The position numbers were made by a program, and so were the translations under genes. From contig OY764159.1 in assembly GCA_963668175.1 (NCBI GenBank), positions 3,072,001-3,136,000 on the forward strand: DNA of 64,000 nt, given 5' to 3'. The stretch is from Syntrophales bacterium. Lineage in GTDB: Bacteria; Desulfobacterota; Syntrophia; Syntrophales; PHBD01. Under the pieces are notes generated by a model. That model made no database searches. It worked only from the letters and a program-made list of their open reading frames with translations, and was not told the DNA's origin. The number at the start of each line of letters is the position of its first letter. Position 1 is the stretch's first letter. This document shows, one piece after another, positions 54,639 through 64,000 of this stretch.

Positions 54639-55421
54639 ATGGACCGATTCCCGGAAAAGCAGGTGACGATAGACTTCTTTAAGGCCGTATGGCCTGCATT
54701 TGCCGCTCAGGCCGTCATTCTGCTCGTCCCATTGTTTTTCCAGGAGTTCTCTCTTCAATCCGGAACCAGGTCGGTCTGGATGGTCATCTTTCGCTTCCTG
54801 CGTCTTTCGGTCTTCCTGCTCGTGCCGATCCTGTTCCTACGCAGGATTCTCGCTCTCGCCGGTTCCCTGTTTCAGATCGGCGCACGGGAGCTGGTCCAGA
54901 TTCGGCAGGAAAGCATGGAGAAGATATCGCCTCTCAAAAACTGGCTGCTCAGGCCGCTCCAGGGAATCGGCGTTTCCATGCTCGTCGCGACAAAATTGAT
55001 CGTGCTTCTGGAGATATACAGCGGCGAAGGTATTGCGGCATCCGTCTTCCTGCCCCCGCCGATGTTCAGCCTGCAGAGATTTTTCGTGACGGCCGCCATG
55101 GCCTTCGCCGTTTCCTTGGTGCTGTCCTCTCTGTGGACCCTGGAGGACCTCGGCATTCGCTTGTATAACCGGAAAACCCGTGAAATCCGGAAGATCGGCA
55201 AATACTTCGGCCTGATCCTTCCTCTTGTTCTCGGGTTCTACGGACTGATGAGTCTTTCCCATACCCACGCCACGGCCATGGCCATACGATACTTCATAAT
55301 GATGGCCATGATCCTTTATCCGCCGTTTCTGATCCTCAACGTTTTTCATGCCTTTTATATCAACAGAAACGAAAACCGTCTGCTTACAGTCCTGCGTGTG
55401 AAAGCGAAAATGGCCCTCTAA
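54639..55421 (+). CDS. Hypothetical multi-pass membrane protein
   Basis: Open frame with about six hydrophobic segments. Confidence 0.65.
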   Translation: MDRFPEKQVTIDFFKAVWPAFAAQAVILLVPLFFQEFSLQSGTRSVWMVIFRFLRLSVFLLVPILFLRRILALAGSLFQIGARELVQIRQESMEKISPLKNWLLRPLQGIGVSMLVATKLIVLLEIYSGEGIAASVFLPPPMFSLQRFFVTAAMAFAVSLVLSSLWTLEDLGIRLYNRKTREIRKIGKYFGLILPLVLGFYGLMSLSHTHATAMAIRYFIMMAMILYPPFLILNVFHAFYINRNENRLLTVLRVKAKMAL

Positions 55422-55695
55422 TTGTCAGCGAGGAAATACTCCGCCCGCCTGCCAAACGGCTTTCTTTAAAAAAGCCTCCCGGTTCGTGCCGGAAGACGGT
55501 CGAGCGGTCAACGTTCTGCACATTGACGCCGAACTGCAGCCGGAAGTCCGTCGCTGCCGCCTTCCTGAAGGCGTTACACGGTTATTCGCCGTTCTTGAAT
55601 TAAAGTCAGAAATTCATACCTCCCGGATCAAAATGTGTTAGTATCGAATCGGAAGGACCCCATAAGGCGGCCAAGACAAAGGGGATAAGAACTCT

Positions 55696-56379
55696 GTGAA
55701 AACAACCGTTTTTCTAATGTCGTTGATTCTTCTCACCCTGTTGGGATGCGCGGGAAACATCCGGAACATATCGGCCGCCTACGATCCGGCCGAATCGGTC
55801 ATTGTAGGCCATATCCAGACTGTCCCCATCCTATGGGACTTTATCCTCTACGACGAGAAGAACCATCGGGAGAACTCCGTCGAAATCGCCGGACCCGGTT
55901 ACGGCCTGACCAAGGCCGGCCAACTCCAGAACCGGGGCTATATCTTCAAGATGATCCGCGCCGGCTCGTACATGCTCCGTCTTCGGAAAGTGAGCGGCGG
56001 CGATTACGCATACGACGATATCCTGCGCTTCGATATTCCGCCGGGGACATTGATCTATTTCGGCACAATCAAAGTTGTGGTCGACCAGGTCATGATGGAT
56101 CCATCCGGATCGCGCCCAGGCGGCCGCAGCCAGGCGCCCCTGATGTTCAGGTACCGCTTCGTCGGCGCCGATGAGGACGATACGCTGCAGCAGTTTGCGA
56201 AGCAGTACCCCGGGATTTACGAGGCCTACAAGTCGCGCATCGTCCGCATCCAGTCCCACTCCCCTTCGCGCCGCCCCAAGGAGTATATTTATCTTCCCGC
56301 CGCGCCGTCCCTGGCCTCTCTGACCTTGAGACCTCGGGGATCGGGCGCGCCGCATATCGCCAAGGAGGTTTCACCATGA
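55696..56379 (+). CDS. Hypothetical lipoprotein
   Basis: Lipobox LLGC after a hydrophobic stretch; GGGGA RBS. Confidence 0.7.
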   Translation: MKTTVFLMSLILLTLLGCAGNIRNISAAYDPAESVIVGHIQTVPILWDFILYDEKNHRENSVEIAGPGYGLTKAGQLQNRGYIFKMIRAGSYMLRLRKVSGGDYAYDDILRFDIPPGTLIYFGTIKVVVDQVMMDPSGSRPGGRSQAPLMFRYRFVGADEDDTLQQFAKQYPGIYEAYKSRIVRIQSHSPSRRPKEYIYLPAAPSLASLTLRPRGSGAPHIAKEVSP

Positions 56380-56687
56380 TCTGCATGCTCGTTGAAGTCC
56401 ATATCAAACCCACGGCCATCGACGAATTCCTCGAACTGATGACGTACGATGCGACCGTCTCCGTGCGCGACGAACCCGGCTGCCTGCGTTTCGATATCAT
56501 GAGGGACAACGACGATCCCTGTAATTTCTTCTTCTCCGAGGTTTACCGGGACGAGGCCGCACGGCTGGCCCACCGTGAGACGCCGCATTTCGCCATGTGG
56601 ATGAAATTCGCCGCCGGAGGCCTGGACCGCGAGCCCGTCCGGCATGCCACGACGGTCGTCCATCCGCCGGATGAAGCGTGGCGGTGA
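56376..56687 (+). CDS. ABM / putative quinol monooxygenase (LsrG-like)
   Basis: EPGCLRFDI...F.EVYRD..A..AH.ETPHF; AAGGAGG RBS. Confidence 0.88.
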   Translation: MICMLVEVHIKPTAIDEFLELMTYDATVSVRDEPGCLRFDIMRDNDDPCNFFFSEVYRDEAARLAHRETPHFAMWMKFAAGGLDREPVRHATTVVHPPDEAWR

Positions 56688-56795
56688 TGCAACAGCCTGT
56701 CATCGTCTATCCAGGCGATAACTGTCCAGTCGCAACGTGAGTTTTGAAGCAGGTTGAGACATTTTTTTACCCAAGCGAAGAAAGGGGGATTGCAG

Positions 56796-58082
56796 ATGGC
56801 TGACCGTATCGTACACACCGCAAAAATGGCCTGGGTGCTGGACCCGAACGAACCCATGCAAGGTCCCGTTGCCGACGGAGGCACGATTGTGGCCCGCGTA
56901 TCGCCCGGCTGCTGGGGAGCGATGATTACACCCGATTATGCCAGCGGCCACGAAGTAACCCATCCCATCGCCGTTGCCGGAGCGGAGATCGGCGACAGCG
57001 TCGCGCTCAAGATCCGGAAGATCAATATCCTGTCTCTGGCCACGACGTCGGGGACCGACAGCTTCATCGAAGGGCACTTCGTCGGCGACCCGTTCGTCGC
57101 CAAACAGTGTCCCGGCTGCGGACTGATCAACCCGAAGACGTACCTGGAAGGCGTCGGCGAAGACGCCGTCCGCTGCGCGGCCTGCAAGACCGCCGTCAAG
57201 CCGTTTCACCTGGACAACGGCTATACCATGCTCTTCAATGCCGACAGGACCGTCGGCGTCACCGTCCCGCCGGAGATGTCCAATGAGATTGCCCGCCAGT
57301 CCCAGTATTTCAGCGCCCTGCCGCCCGGATCGTGCCAGTATTCCTCCAATCTCCTGGCGAAAGGCGACCTTCCCGGTGTCCTCGCACGGGTCCGCCCCAT
57401 GGTGGGCAACATCGGGTCCTGTCCGTCGGTGGCCCTCCCGTCTTCGCATAATGCCGGCGATTTCGGCTCCTTCTTGATCAACGCCCCCCATAAATACGCC
57501 CTGACGCCGGACCAGCTCCTCAAGCGCACGGACGGCCACATGGACATCAACGAGGTGGGCGAAGGGGCGGCGGTCATCGTCCCGGTGAAAGTCGCCCGGG
57601 CGGGGATATACGTGGGCGACGTCCACGCCATGATGGGCGACGGCGAGGTGGCGGGCCATACTACGGACGTCTCCGCCGAAGTCATTATCACCGTCGGCGT
57701 GATCAAGGGACTCGCCATAGACGGCCCCGTCGTTTTGCCTCGTCCCGAAGACCTGCCGTACCTGGCGCGGCCCTATACTGCGGCGGAAAGGGACGAAGCA
57801 GGCCGGTTCACCCGGAGTTACGGATTCCCCGTCGAGACCGACGCCTATCCGCTGCAGGTGGTGGGGTCCGGTTCTGACCTGAACGCGGCAACGGCCAACG
57901 GACTCACACGAATGGCGAACCTCACGGGTCTTTCGCTTGCGGAAGTGAAGAACCGGGCCACGATCACGGGGGACATCCAGATCGGGCGGCTGCCGGGGAT
58001 CGTGCAGGTGACGATGCTTGCCCCCGCTGCGGTTCTTAAAAAGTTAAATCTCCTGGACCTTTACCGGGAACAGTATTCCTGA
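56796..58082 (+). CDS. Acetamidase/formamidase family protein
   Basis: VTHPIAVAGAEIGD, RPMVGNIG, DGHMDINEV, VGDVHAMMGDGEVAG. Confidence 0.85.
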   Translation: MADRIVHTAKMAWVLDPNEPMQGPVADGGTIVARVSPGCWGAMITPDYASGHEVTHPIAVAGAEIGDSVALKIRKINILSLATTSGTDSFIEGHFVGDPFVAKQCPGCGLINPKTYLEGVGEDAVRCAACKTAVKPFHLDNGYTMLFNADRTVGVTVPPEMSNEIARQSQYFSALPPGSCQYSSNLLAKGDLPGVLARVRPMVGNIGSCPSVALPSSHNAGDFGSFLINAPHKYALTPDQLLKRTDGHMDINEVGEGAAVIVPVKVARAGIYVGDVHAMMGDGEVAGHTTDVSAEVIITVGVIKGLAIDGPVVLPRPEDLPYLARPYTAAERDEAGRFTRSYGFPVETDAYPLQVVGSGSDLNAATANGLTRMANLTGLSLAEVKNRATITGDIQIGRLPGIVQVTMLAPAAVLKKLNLLDLYREQYS

Positions 58083-58210
58083 CGGAAACGATCATGGGGC
58101 GCTCCCGGCGTCCGATTCGCCGGGACCGCCCCCTTTCCTTCCACCGAATGATGCTCCGGTTATGGTTCCTCGGAACGTGTCCGCTAATCGCCGACCACTA
58201 TAAATATCCT

Positions 58211-58239
58211 TTGACATTCTAGAATATATATTCTAGTAT
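58211..58239 (+). promoter_or_regulatory. sigma70 promoter containing a perfect 18-bp palindrome (likely TetR autoregulatory operator)
   Basis: TTGACA-N17-TAGTAT; CTAGAATATATATTCTAG at 58219-58236. Confidence 0.75.
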
Positions 58240-58249
58240 ATATTCATCT

Positions 58250-58831
58250 ATGGGACGACTTGCCCGTTTCACAAACGATCAATTCATCGATGCGGCCATG
58301 AAAATCGCGGCCGAGGAGGGACCGGCGGCGGTAACGGTTGCCGCCGTGGCCCGCGAGATCGGCGCGCCCGTCGGGTCCGTCTATCACCGGTTTCTCTCAC
58401 GCGACGTTCTGCTCGCCGAGGTGTGGATCAAGATCGTCGCCGCTTTTCAGGAGGCCTTTCTCATACTCCTGGAAAACGGCAAGGGGCTTGAGGCGGCCCT
58501 GCACACACCGCGCTGGGTGCGGCAGCATCCCGCCGAGGCCCGGATCATCCTCCTCTACCGGCGGGAAGAACTGGTAGCCGGAGACTGGCCTGCGGACCTG
58601 AAATCGAGGGCGCTGGACCTCAAGCGCCGTCTCGACGACGGCATCGTCGCCTTCGCCGCAGCGGCCTTCGGCCGCGCCGGCCGCGAAGAGATTGAAAGGA
58701 CGGTCTTCGCCCTCGTCGACGTACCGTACGGCGCCGTCATCCGCTACATCAGGCAGGGCAGGAAACCGCCCCGCGAGATCGACGGATTCATCAGGCAGAC
58801 CTATACAGCCATCATGCGTGCGGAAGAATAG
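58250..58831 (+). CDS. TetR/AcrR family transcriptional regulator
   Basis: N-terminal HTH VTVAAVAREIGAPVGSVYHRF.SRD.LL. Confidence 0.92.
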   Translation: MGRLARFTNDQFIDAAMKIAAEEGPAAVTVAAVAREIGAPVGSVYHRFLSRDVLLAEVWIKIVAAFQEAFLILLENGKGLEAALHTPRWVRQHPAEARIILLYRREELVAGDWPADLKSRALDLKRRLDDGIVAFAAAAFGRAGREEIERTVFALVDVPYGAVIRYIRQGRKPPREIDGFIRQTYTAIMRAEE

Positions 58832-58928
58832 AGGCCGAAAGCGCGGCGAAGATCGACAATACATACGGCCTCCGCCGGGGGACGACTCCGGCCCGCATAT
58901 TTCACTGCCGCCGAAAGGGGAACGAAAC

Positions 58929-59768
58929 ATGGGACTGCTTCTCGGCGATCGCCTGCCGGACAAAATCTTCCGTTACTTTCAGACAGAGTCGATGACCGGC
59001 GTGGCCTCGACAGTCGATCGGGACGGTTTTCCCCGCGGCGCGCCCATGGGCCTGTTCCATGCCCTCGATGAAAAGCACATATTGATGGCGGCGCAAAAGG
59101 ATTCGGCCACCTTCAAAAACGCCGTCCGCAACGGCACGGTGGCGCTCAGCTTCATTGTCGGCGGCGGTACGTCCTTCTCCATCCAGGGGCATGCGCAGCT
59201 GTTCAAGAAAGCGATGGTTTCAAACGACTTGTTCGGATCTCTCTTCATCGAGATCGAATCGTTCAAGAGCGACATGGACATGGCGATTGAAGTCATCGTC
59301 AACCCGATTGTCGTAAAATCCGCCCTGCCCGGCTGGCCGGAGATGATCGCCGGTCTTCTTTCCGAACTTCGCAGCCATACGCTGAAGGAAGCGCTCAAAT
59401 CCCTCGATGTCATCCCCAACCCGCTTTTCATCGTCAGGCGCAAGCAGATCGAGACGCGGCGCCGGATACTGGACAGCATCCAGGGGCGGAGGATCGATGT
59501 GTCGTATCAGTGGCTCCTGTGGGATTACAACGGCATCGGAGGTGCGGAAGACTGGAAGGACTGCGTCGCCCTGCTCGGCGCGGGCAACACCCTGTTCATT
59601 TACGACGGCAACGGCGACCTCAAGTTCAGCCGCCCGTTGGACCGGTTCATGTTCAAGGCCTTCGAGGAGCTCATCATGATCTCCTGGTTCGACGACGAGA
59701 TGGACAAGATCTACTACAGCCTGGAAATCCCGGTGAAGCTCGACTTCACGAAACTGGCCGGATTGTGA
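58929..59768 (+). CDS. Pyridoxamine 5'-phosphate oxidase-like split-barrel domain fused to an unknown C-terminal domain
   Basis: VASTVDRDGFP, S.TFKN..RNG.VAL; extra C-terminal region of roughly 100 aa. Confidence 0.7.
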   Translation: MGLLLGDRLPDKIFRYFQTESMTGVASTVDRDGFPRGAPMGLFHALDEKHILMAAQKDSATFKNAVRNGTVALSFIVGGGTSFSIQGHAQLFKKAMVSNDLFGSLFIEIESFKSDMDMAIEVIVNPIVVKSALPGWPEMIAGLLSELRSHTLKEALKSLDVIPNPLFIVRRKQIETRRRILDSIQGRRIDVSYQWLLWDYNGIGGAEDWKDCVALLGAGNTLFIYDGNGDLKFSRPLDRFMFKAFEELIMISWFDDEMDKIYYSLEIPVKLDFTKLAGL

Positions 59769-59856
59769 TCTCCCGACCGGCCCGTCATGACAACGGCCGA
59801 GGTCCGTCGCACGCCGGCAAGTCCTCCCCGCATCCCTTCAATTGACGAGAGAAGAA

Positions 59857-60921
59857 TTACGTCCCCGCAATCTCTCTGATGACTTCCACGAAACAGTCCA
59901 TCTCCGCATCGGTGCCGATGGAGACGCGGATGTAGTTCTCGGTTTTCGGATTCGTGAAGTGGCGGACGAGGATGCCCTTTTCCCTGAGCCCGAGAAACAG
60001 ATCGTTGCCGGGAATGCGGGCAGCGGCGACAAAGACGAAATTGGCCCGGGAGGGAATCACCGTGAAGCCCATCGCGGCAAGCTCCGCCGACACGCGTTCG
60101 CGGGTCATCACGATCTTTTCCGTCGTCTCGCGGAAACAGGCGTCGTCCCGTATCGCCTCGACGGCCCCGGCCTGGGCCAGGCGGTCGACGGTGTATGAGT
60201 TGATCGAATCCCGGACCCGTGCGAGCCCCTCGATCAGTTCCGAGCCGCCCAGGGCGTACCCCAGCCGCAGGCCCGCGAGGGACCGCGACTTGGACATCGT
60301 CTTGACTACGAGGAGATTCGGGTGGGAGGCGATCAGCCGCACGGAGGATTCGCCGCCGAAGTCCACATACGCTTCGTCGACGACGACCACGCGGTTTTCG
60401 TTCTCTTTGAGGATCGCTTCTATCTCTTCCCGCGGTATCCCCCTGCCGCTCGGGGCGTTCGGATTGGCGATCAGGATGCCGCCGTTGTCCTGTTTGTAGT
60501 CTTTCGCATCAATATTAAAAGTCTCATCTACGGGAACCGGACGGTACGGTATACCGAAGAAATCGGCATAGACGGGGTAGAAGCTGTAGGTGACTTCGGC
60601 GAAGAGGATCGGCTTGCCCGCCGGCTCGAAGAAGGCGGGAAAGGCAAAGGCCAAAATCTCGTCGGAGCCGTTGCCGACGAAGACCTGCTCCTTCGCAAGG
60701 CCGTAATAATCGGCGATCGTCTCCCTTAACTCGGAGGCCTGCGGGTCCGGGTAGAGGCGCAGGCTTTCGCCTGCCGCGTTCCTGATCGCGGCGACCACGC
60801 GGGGCGACGGCGGATAGGGATTCTCGTTCGTGTTCAGCTTGATGTACTGCCGGTCCCGGGGCTGTTCGCCGGGAACGTAAGGCTTGATGTTCCTGACCTT
60901 GCTGCTCCAGTATCTGCTCAT
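59857..60921 (-). CDS. hisC: Histidinol-phosphate aminotransferase
   Basis: PYVPGEQ, KLNTNENPYPPS, GNGSDE, ANPNAPSG, DEAYVDF, TMSKSRSLAGLRLG. Confidence 0.95.
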   Translation of the reverse strand: MSRYWSSKVRNIKPYVPGEQPRDRQYIKLNTNENPYPPSPRVVAAIRNAAGESLRLYPDPQASELRETIADYYGLAKEQVFVGNGSDEILAFAFPAFFEPAGKPILFAEVTYSFYPVYADFFGIPYRPVPVDETFNIDAKDYKQDNGGILIANPNAPSGRGIPREEIEAILKENENRVVVVDEAYVDFGGESSVRLIASHPNLLVVKTMSKSRSLAGLRLGYALGGSELIEGLARVRDSINSYTVDRLAQAGAVEAIRDDACFRETTEKIVMTRERVSAELAAMGFTVIPSRANFVFVAAARIPGNDLFLGLREKGILVRHFTNPKTENYIRVSIGTDAEMDCFVEVIREIAGT

Positions 60922-61230
60922 GGCATGCCCTTTTTCGATCGATTCGTCACGCAACATACAGGATATCATCCGGAGTTTCCAGCACAATTGCTCGAAAAAG
61001 ACAAATTGGCTGGATATCGGGCACGCCCGAAAGCCTTCGATAGAAAGCATTTGCCGAGCAAGGGGCGGAAACATCCCCATCCTTTTCTTGACAACACTGT
61101 ATACATGATTACTCTAATGGCAATATCCGGCGTGTGAAATCCATGCGCGACCCTCTCTCCCGCTGTAGATGTATAAGCCGGAAAGAATAAGATCTCGACT
61201 TTGGCCATATAACGAATTTCAGGAGATGCA

Positions 61231-61674
61231 ATGGAGGAACGTATACTCGAAGAGATGAAGGCCCTTCTCAGGGGGAAGGATTTTTGCGTCCTCGCGACCG
61301 TTTCGGAGGACGGCCCCCATTGCTCGCTCATGTCCTACGCAACCGACGACGATGCCAGAGAATTGTACATGATTACTCACCGACAAACGAAGAAATACAG
61401 GAACCTCACGAAAAACGGAAGAGTGAGCCTCCTGATCGATTCAAGAGGCGAGGATGAGGGTGCGATCAAAGCGATGACCATAAGCGGCGACTACAGGAAG
61501 TTTGAAAGCGAAAGCCTCAGGAAACGTGCCGTGGAAAGGCTCCTGACCAGGCATCCCGGACTCAAACCGTTCACCGGTGACGCCGATGCCGAGGTCTTCG
61601 CAGTGAGGGTCCGTTCGTTTCAACTGCTGGAAGGCATATCTGACGCCCATTATGCCGTCGTCGATCCGGATTAA
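61231..61674 (+). CDS. Pyridoxamine 5'-phosphate oxidase family flavin-binding protein
   Basis: VLATV....PHCSLM, T.KYRNL..N.RVSLLIDSR. Confidence 0.85.
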   Translation: MEERILEEMKALLRGKDFCVLATVSEDGPHCSLMSYATDDDARELYMITHRQTKKYRNLTKNGRVSLLIDSRGEDEGAIKAMTISGDYRKFESESLRKRAVERLLTRHPGLKPFTGDADAEVFAVRVRSFQLLEGISDAHYAVVDPD

Positions 61675-61779
61675 GTTTCACCTGTGACGGGACAGGGCCG
61701 CGCAAAAGACTAGTTTTCCCTGTTATCCGATAGTATAATACCGTCGACTTCAGATTCTCCTGAGCAAAAGGTTAAAACA

Positions 61780-62391
61780 ATGTCTACACAACTCACCGTC
61801 TTCACGGACTACATCTGACCCTGGTGCTATTTCATTACCGGGCGTATTGAAAAATTGCGTGAACATTTCGAAATCGATATCCGCTGGACGGCCTTTCCCC
61901 TCAACTCCGATATCCCCGATGAAGGCCTCCCCCTGGCGGAACTCTATGCGAGAAAAGGCATCGATATCGTCGAGGCGACAGCCCGCCAGCGGCGAGCGGC
62001 GGCCGAACTGGGCCTGCCTTTCGGGGAACGGAAATACTCCTACAACAGCAGGAAAGCCGCCGAGCTCGGCAAATGGGCGGAAGAGAAGGGACAGGGGGAT
62101 GTTTTCGTCAACGCCCTCTTCCGCGCCTATTTCGCCGACGACAGGAACATCGGCCTCGTTGAAGTCCTTGCCGACATTGCGAACGCTCTGGGACTTCCCG
62201 CCGCGGAGGCGGAAACAGTCCTGAACAAAGGAACATACAAGAAAGCCGTCGACGACGACTGGGCGCTCTCGCGGAGGCTCGGTGTCACGGCCGTCCCGAC
62301 CTTCGTTTTCGGCGGGCGGGCCGTCGTCGGGGCACAGCCCTACGAGACGCTGGAAAAATTTCTCCTCGCCGGCGGGGTCAAGAAAAGATAA
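61780..62391 (+). CDS. DsbA/FrnE family thiol oxidoreductase, selenoprotein (UPWC)
   Basis: ATG 61780 gives MSTQLTVFTDYI-TGA-PWCYF, in frame with the 61855..62391 ORF (GVTAVPTF, GAQPYE); TGA sits at the first Cys of CPWC; downstream SECIS-like hairpin. Confidence 0.9.
61830..61852 (+). other. Candidate bacterial SECIS hairpin
   Basis: TTTCA-T-TAC-[CGGGC]-GTA-T-TGAAA; apical loop starts about 20 nt after the UGA, with G at its second position. Confidence 0.6.
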
Positions 62392-62922
62392 GGGATGTCT
62401 TGCGATATATTTGCCCATTCAGGGTCGAAATCATGAGGCACGCCGGGACAGCTTTTAAACATAGATAGTCGTCACGACTTGTTCAACGGCTTTCCGCATT
62501 GCTTCACCCTTATTCCAATGCCATGCAGGCCGGAGGCCTCCGCACGCCCCGCCCTGCCTGCCATCCTGTCGGTGGTCGCGGGCAGATCGTGTCCATCCCG
62601 AACGGACATGTCCGTCATCGCCAGACACTTTTCCGACCCGCCGCCAACCTCATGGGAATATCCTGCCGTCTGCAAACATTTCACTTCCCACGCATATTAT
62701 CCGGGATGACCCTTCTCCGATCCATGGCACAAAACTTGATTTGTTCCTTTTGGTATGGCACCCGGGAGTCGAGGGATACGTCCGGCGGCACCGGCCAGAT
62801 CCGCTGAATACTAGTCATTTCTTGAGGTTACAGGAAAAAGCTCCTCGCAACATGCCGTCATTCTTCAGGATCCGTCGTTCAGAGGGAGGATAACCGACAA
62901 GGATTTCGGGAGGAGAACGAAG

Positions 62923-63291
62923 ATGTCGTCAACATCGAGGATGGCGAAGCGTATGTTCGCTTCGCTTATTTCCGTCCTGCTCTCTATTTTGCCGGGCTGT
63001 TCGTCCGGCTCCAGGACCATCGTTCTGACACCGCCCGCCAAGTACGTTATGCTGGGAGCGGCGAAAGGCAAAGGCAGCGGCGCCATAGGCATCCTCAACC
63101 CGGTCTATCATTTCATTCCCGTCGGCATCAATTCCCGGGTTGAAACCGCGTATGAAAACGCCTTAAAAAGCGTACCCGGGGCCACGTCCCTTATTGACGT
63201 CACCTACCAGGAAAACTGGTTCTGGATTGTCGTTGGAACGACACGCACGGTCACCATCACCGGGCAGGCGATCAAGGAGATCAAGGAGTGA
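62923..63291 (+). CDS. Small hypothetical lipoprotein
   Basis: GGAGG RBS; lipobox LPGC; similar to the downstream gene. Confidence 0.75.
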   Translation: MSSTSRMAKRMFASLISVLLSILPGCSSGSRTIVLTPPAKYVMLGAAKGKGSGAIGILNPVYHFIPVGINSRVETAYENALKSVPGATSLIDVTYQENWFWIVVGTTRTVTITGQAIKEIKE

Positions 63292-63644
63292 CGCCGTCGA
63301 AGCATCTTTCCCTATTGCCGGTGATGGCCGCCCTGCTTCTTGTCCTGGCCTGCACCGGAACGCCGATCCGGTTCGGCGGCCGTCTGCCCAATTTCGACCC
63401 CGATCGCGTCGATTTCAGCCGCGGCCGGGAGATTTCGGCCTCCGCCAGCGGCTTCCAACTCCTCTGCATCATCCCCATCGCCGTCAACAGCCGCCATGAA
63501 ACGGCCTACCGCGAACTGCTGAAAAAGGCCGGCGGCGATTACCTCACGAACATCCGCATCGAGGAAGCCTGGACCTACGGCCTCGTCGGCACGATTTTCA
63601 CGACGACTATCACGTCGACGGCCTTCCCGCACAGAACAGATTGA
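63288..63644 (+). CDS. Small hypothetical lipoprotein, paralog of the upstream gene
   Basis: GTGA overlap; lipobox VLAC; IIPIAVNSRHETAY vs FIPVGINSRVETAY. Confidence 0.75.
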   Translation: MTPSKHLSLLPVMAALLLVLACTGTPIRFGGRLPNFDPDRVDFSRGREISASASGFQLLCIIPIAVNSRHETAYRELLKKAGGDYLTNIRIEEAWTYGLVGTIFTTTITSTAFPHRTD

Positions 63645-63904
63645 CCGTGTTTCTCTTTCCGCATACGACAAGCCCCCTGCGCACGGCCGGGACGATTTGG
63701 GTACGCTGAACGGCGGCCGGGCGTTCAAACACACCTTTCCAACCCCTTTCCCTTGACGGCGGGACTGTTATTCATATATACATTTTAGCGATTTGGGTAA
63801 TGCCGATTACGGAGGACATTGCAGCGAAAGGAAGACTGCGGATGTCGTCTCCGCCCTTGACAGTTCCCGGTCCGATAAGTCCCTGAAACAATCATAGGAA
63901 CACA

Positions 63905-64000
63905 TTGAAAGATTTCACGGAAGGCCGCATCTCGCGGCACCTTATAAGCTTCACGGCGCCCCTGATGCTCGGCAATGTGCTGCTGTCCGTCTACGGCATC
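63905..64000 (+). CDS. MATE family efflux transporter, N-terminus (runs off the window)
   Basis: MKDFTEGRISRHLISFTAPLMLGNVLLSVYGI, a typical MATE start (D.T.G.I...L..F..P...GN). Confidence 0.75.
   Translation, partial: MKDFTEGRISRHLISFTAPLMLGNVLLSVYGI

Noticed and set aside
63820..63840. SRP RNA-like GGAAG loop
   Set aside because: Lacks the conserved CAGG..GGAA..AGCAG domain IV arrangement

Overview
A GC-rich bacterial chromosomal window with no rRNA, tRNA, CRISPR or transposase. Gene content suggests an anaerobic Desulfobacterota (Syntrophales-like) organism; this is an inference. It holds about 55 genes, mostly for cofactor/metal handling and periplasmic redox chemistry. (1) A molybdenum module: a short ModE, a Tat-exported DMSO-reductase-family enzyme with Fe-S subunit and TorD-type chaperone, and a distant modA; the enzyme operon and modA share an upstream palindrome. 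(2) A DUF2892-TolC-MFP-RND efflux operon, a Spy/ZraP-like gene and a PEP-CTERM gene, the last two with sigma54 promoters. (3) A TonB / TonB-dependent receptor / ECF transporter / radical SAM operon with a NikR-like operator and a chelatase-gene scar. (4) A cobalamin uptake and salvage locus (btuF, btuCD, btuB, signal-peptide CbiZ, tonB) with two cobalamin riboswitches, one overlapping the btuD 3' end. (5) dinB and SRAP, separated by an AT-rich degenerate cyclase gene. (6) A Tat flavoprotein with a tetraheme cytochrome c. (7) An apparently exported AmmeMemoRadiSam system: Tat radical SAM with a CxxCH insertion, secreted MEMO-AMMECR1 fusion and a membrane spermidine-synthase-like protein. Features absent from the ORF track include a UGA-recoded DsbA/FrnE selenoprotein (UPWC) and a candidate ~90-nt sRNA with its own promoter and terminator. 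All family calls come from motif recognition by eye; no searches were run.
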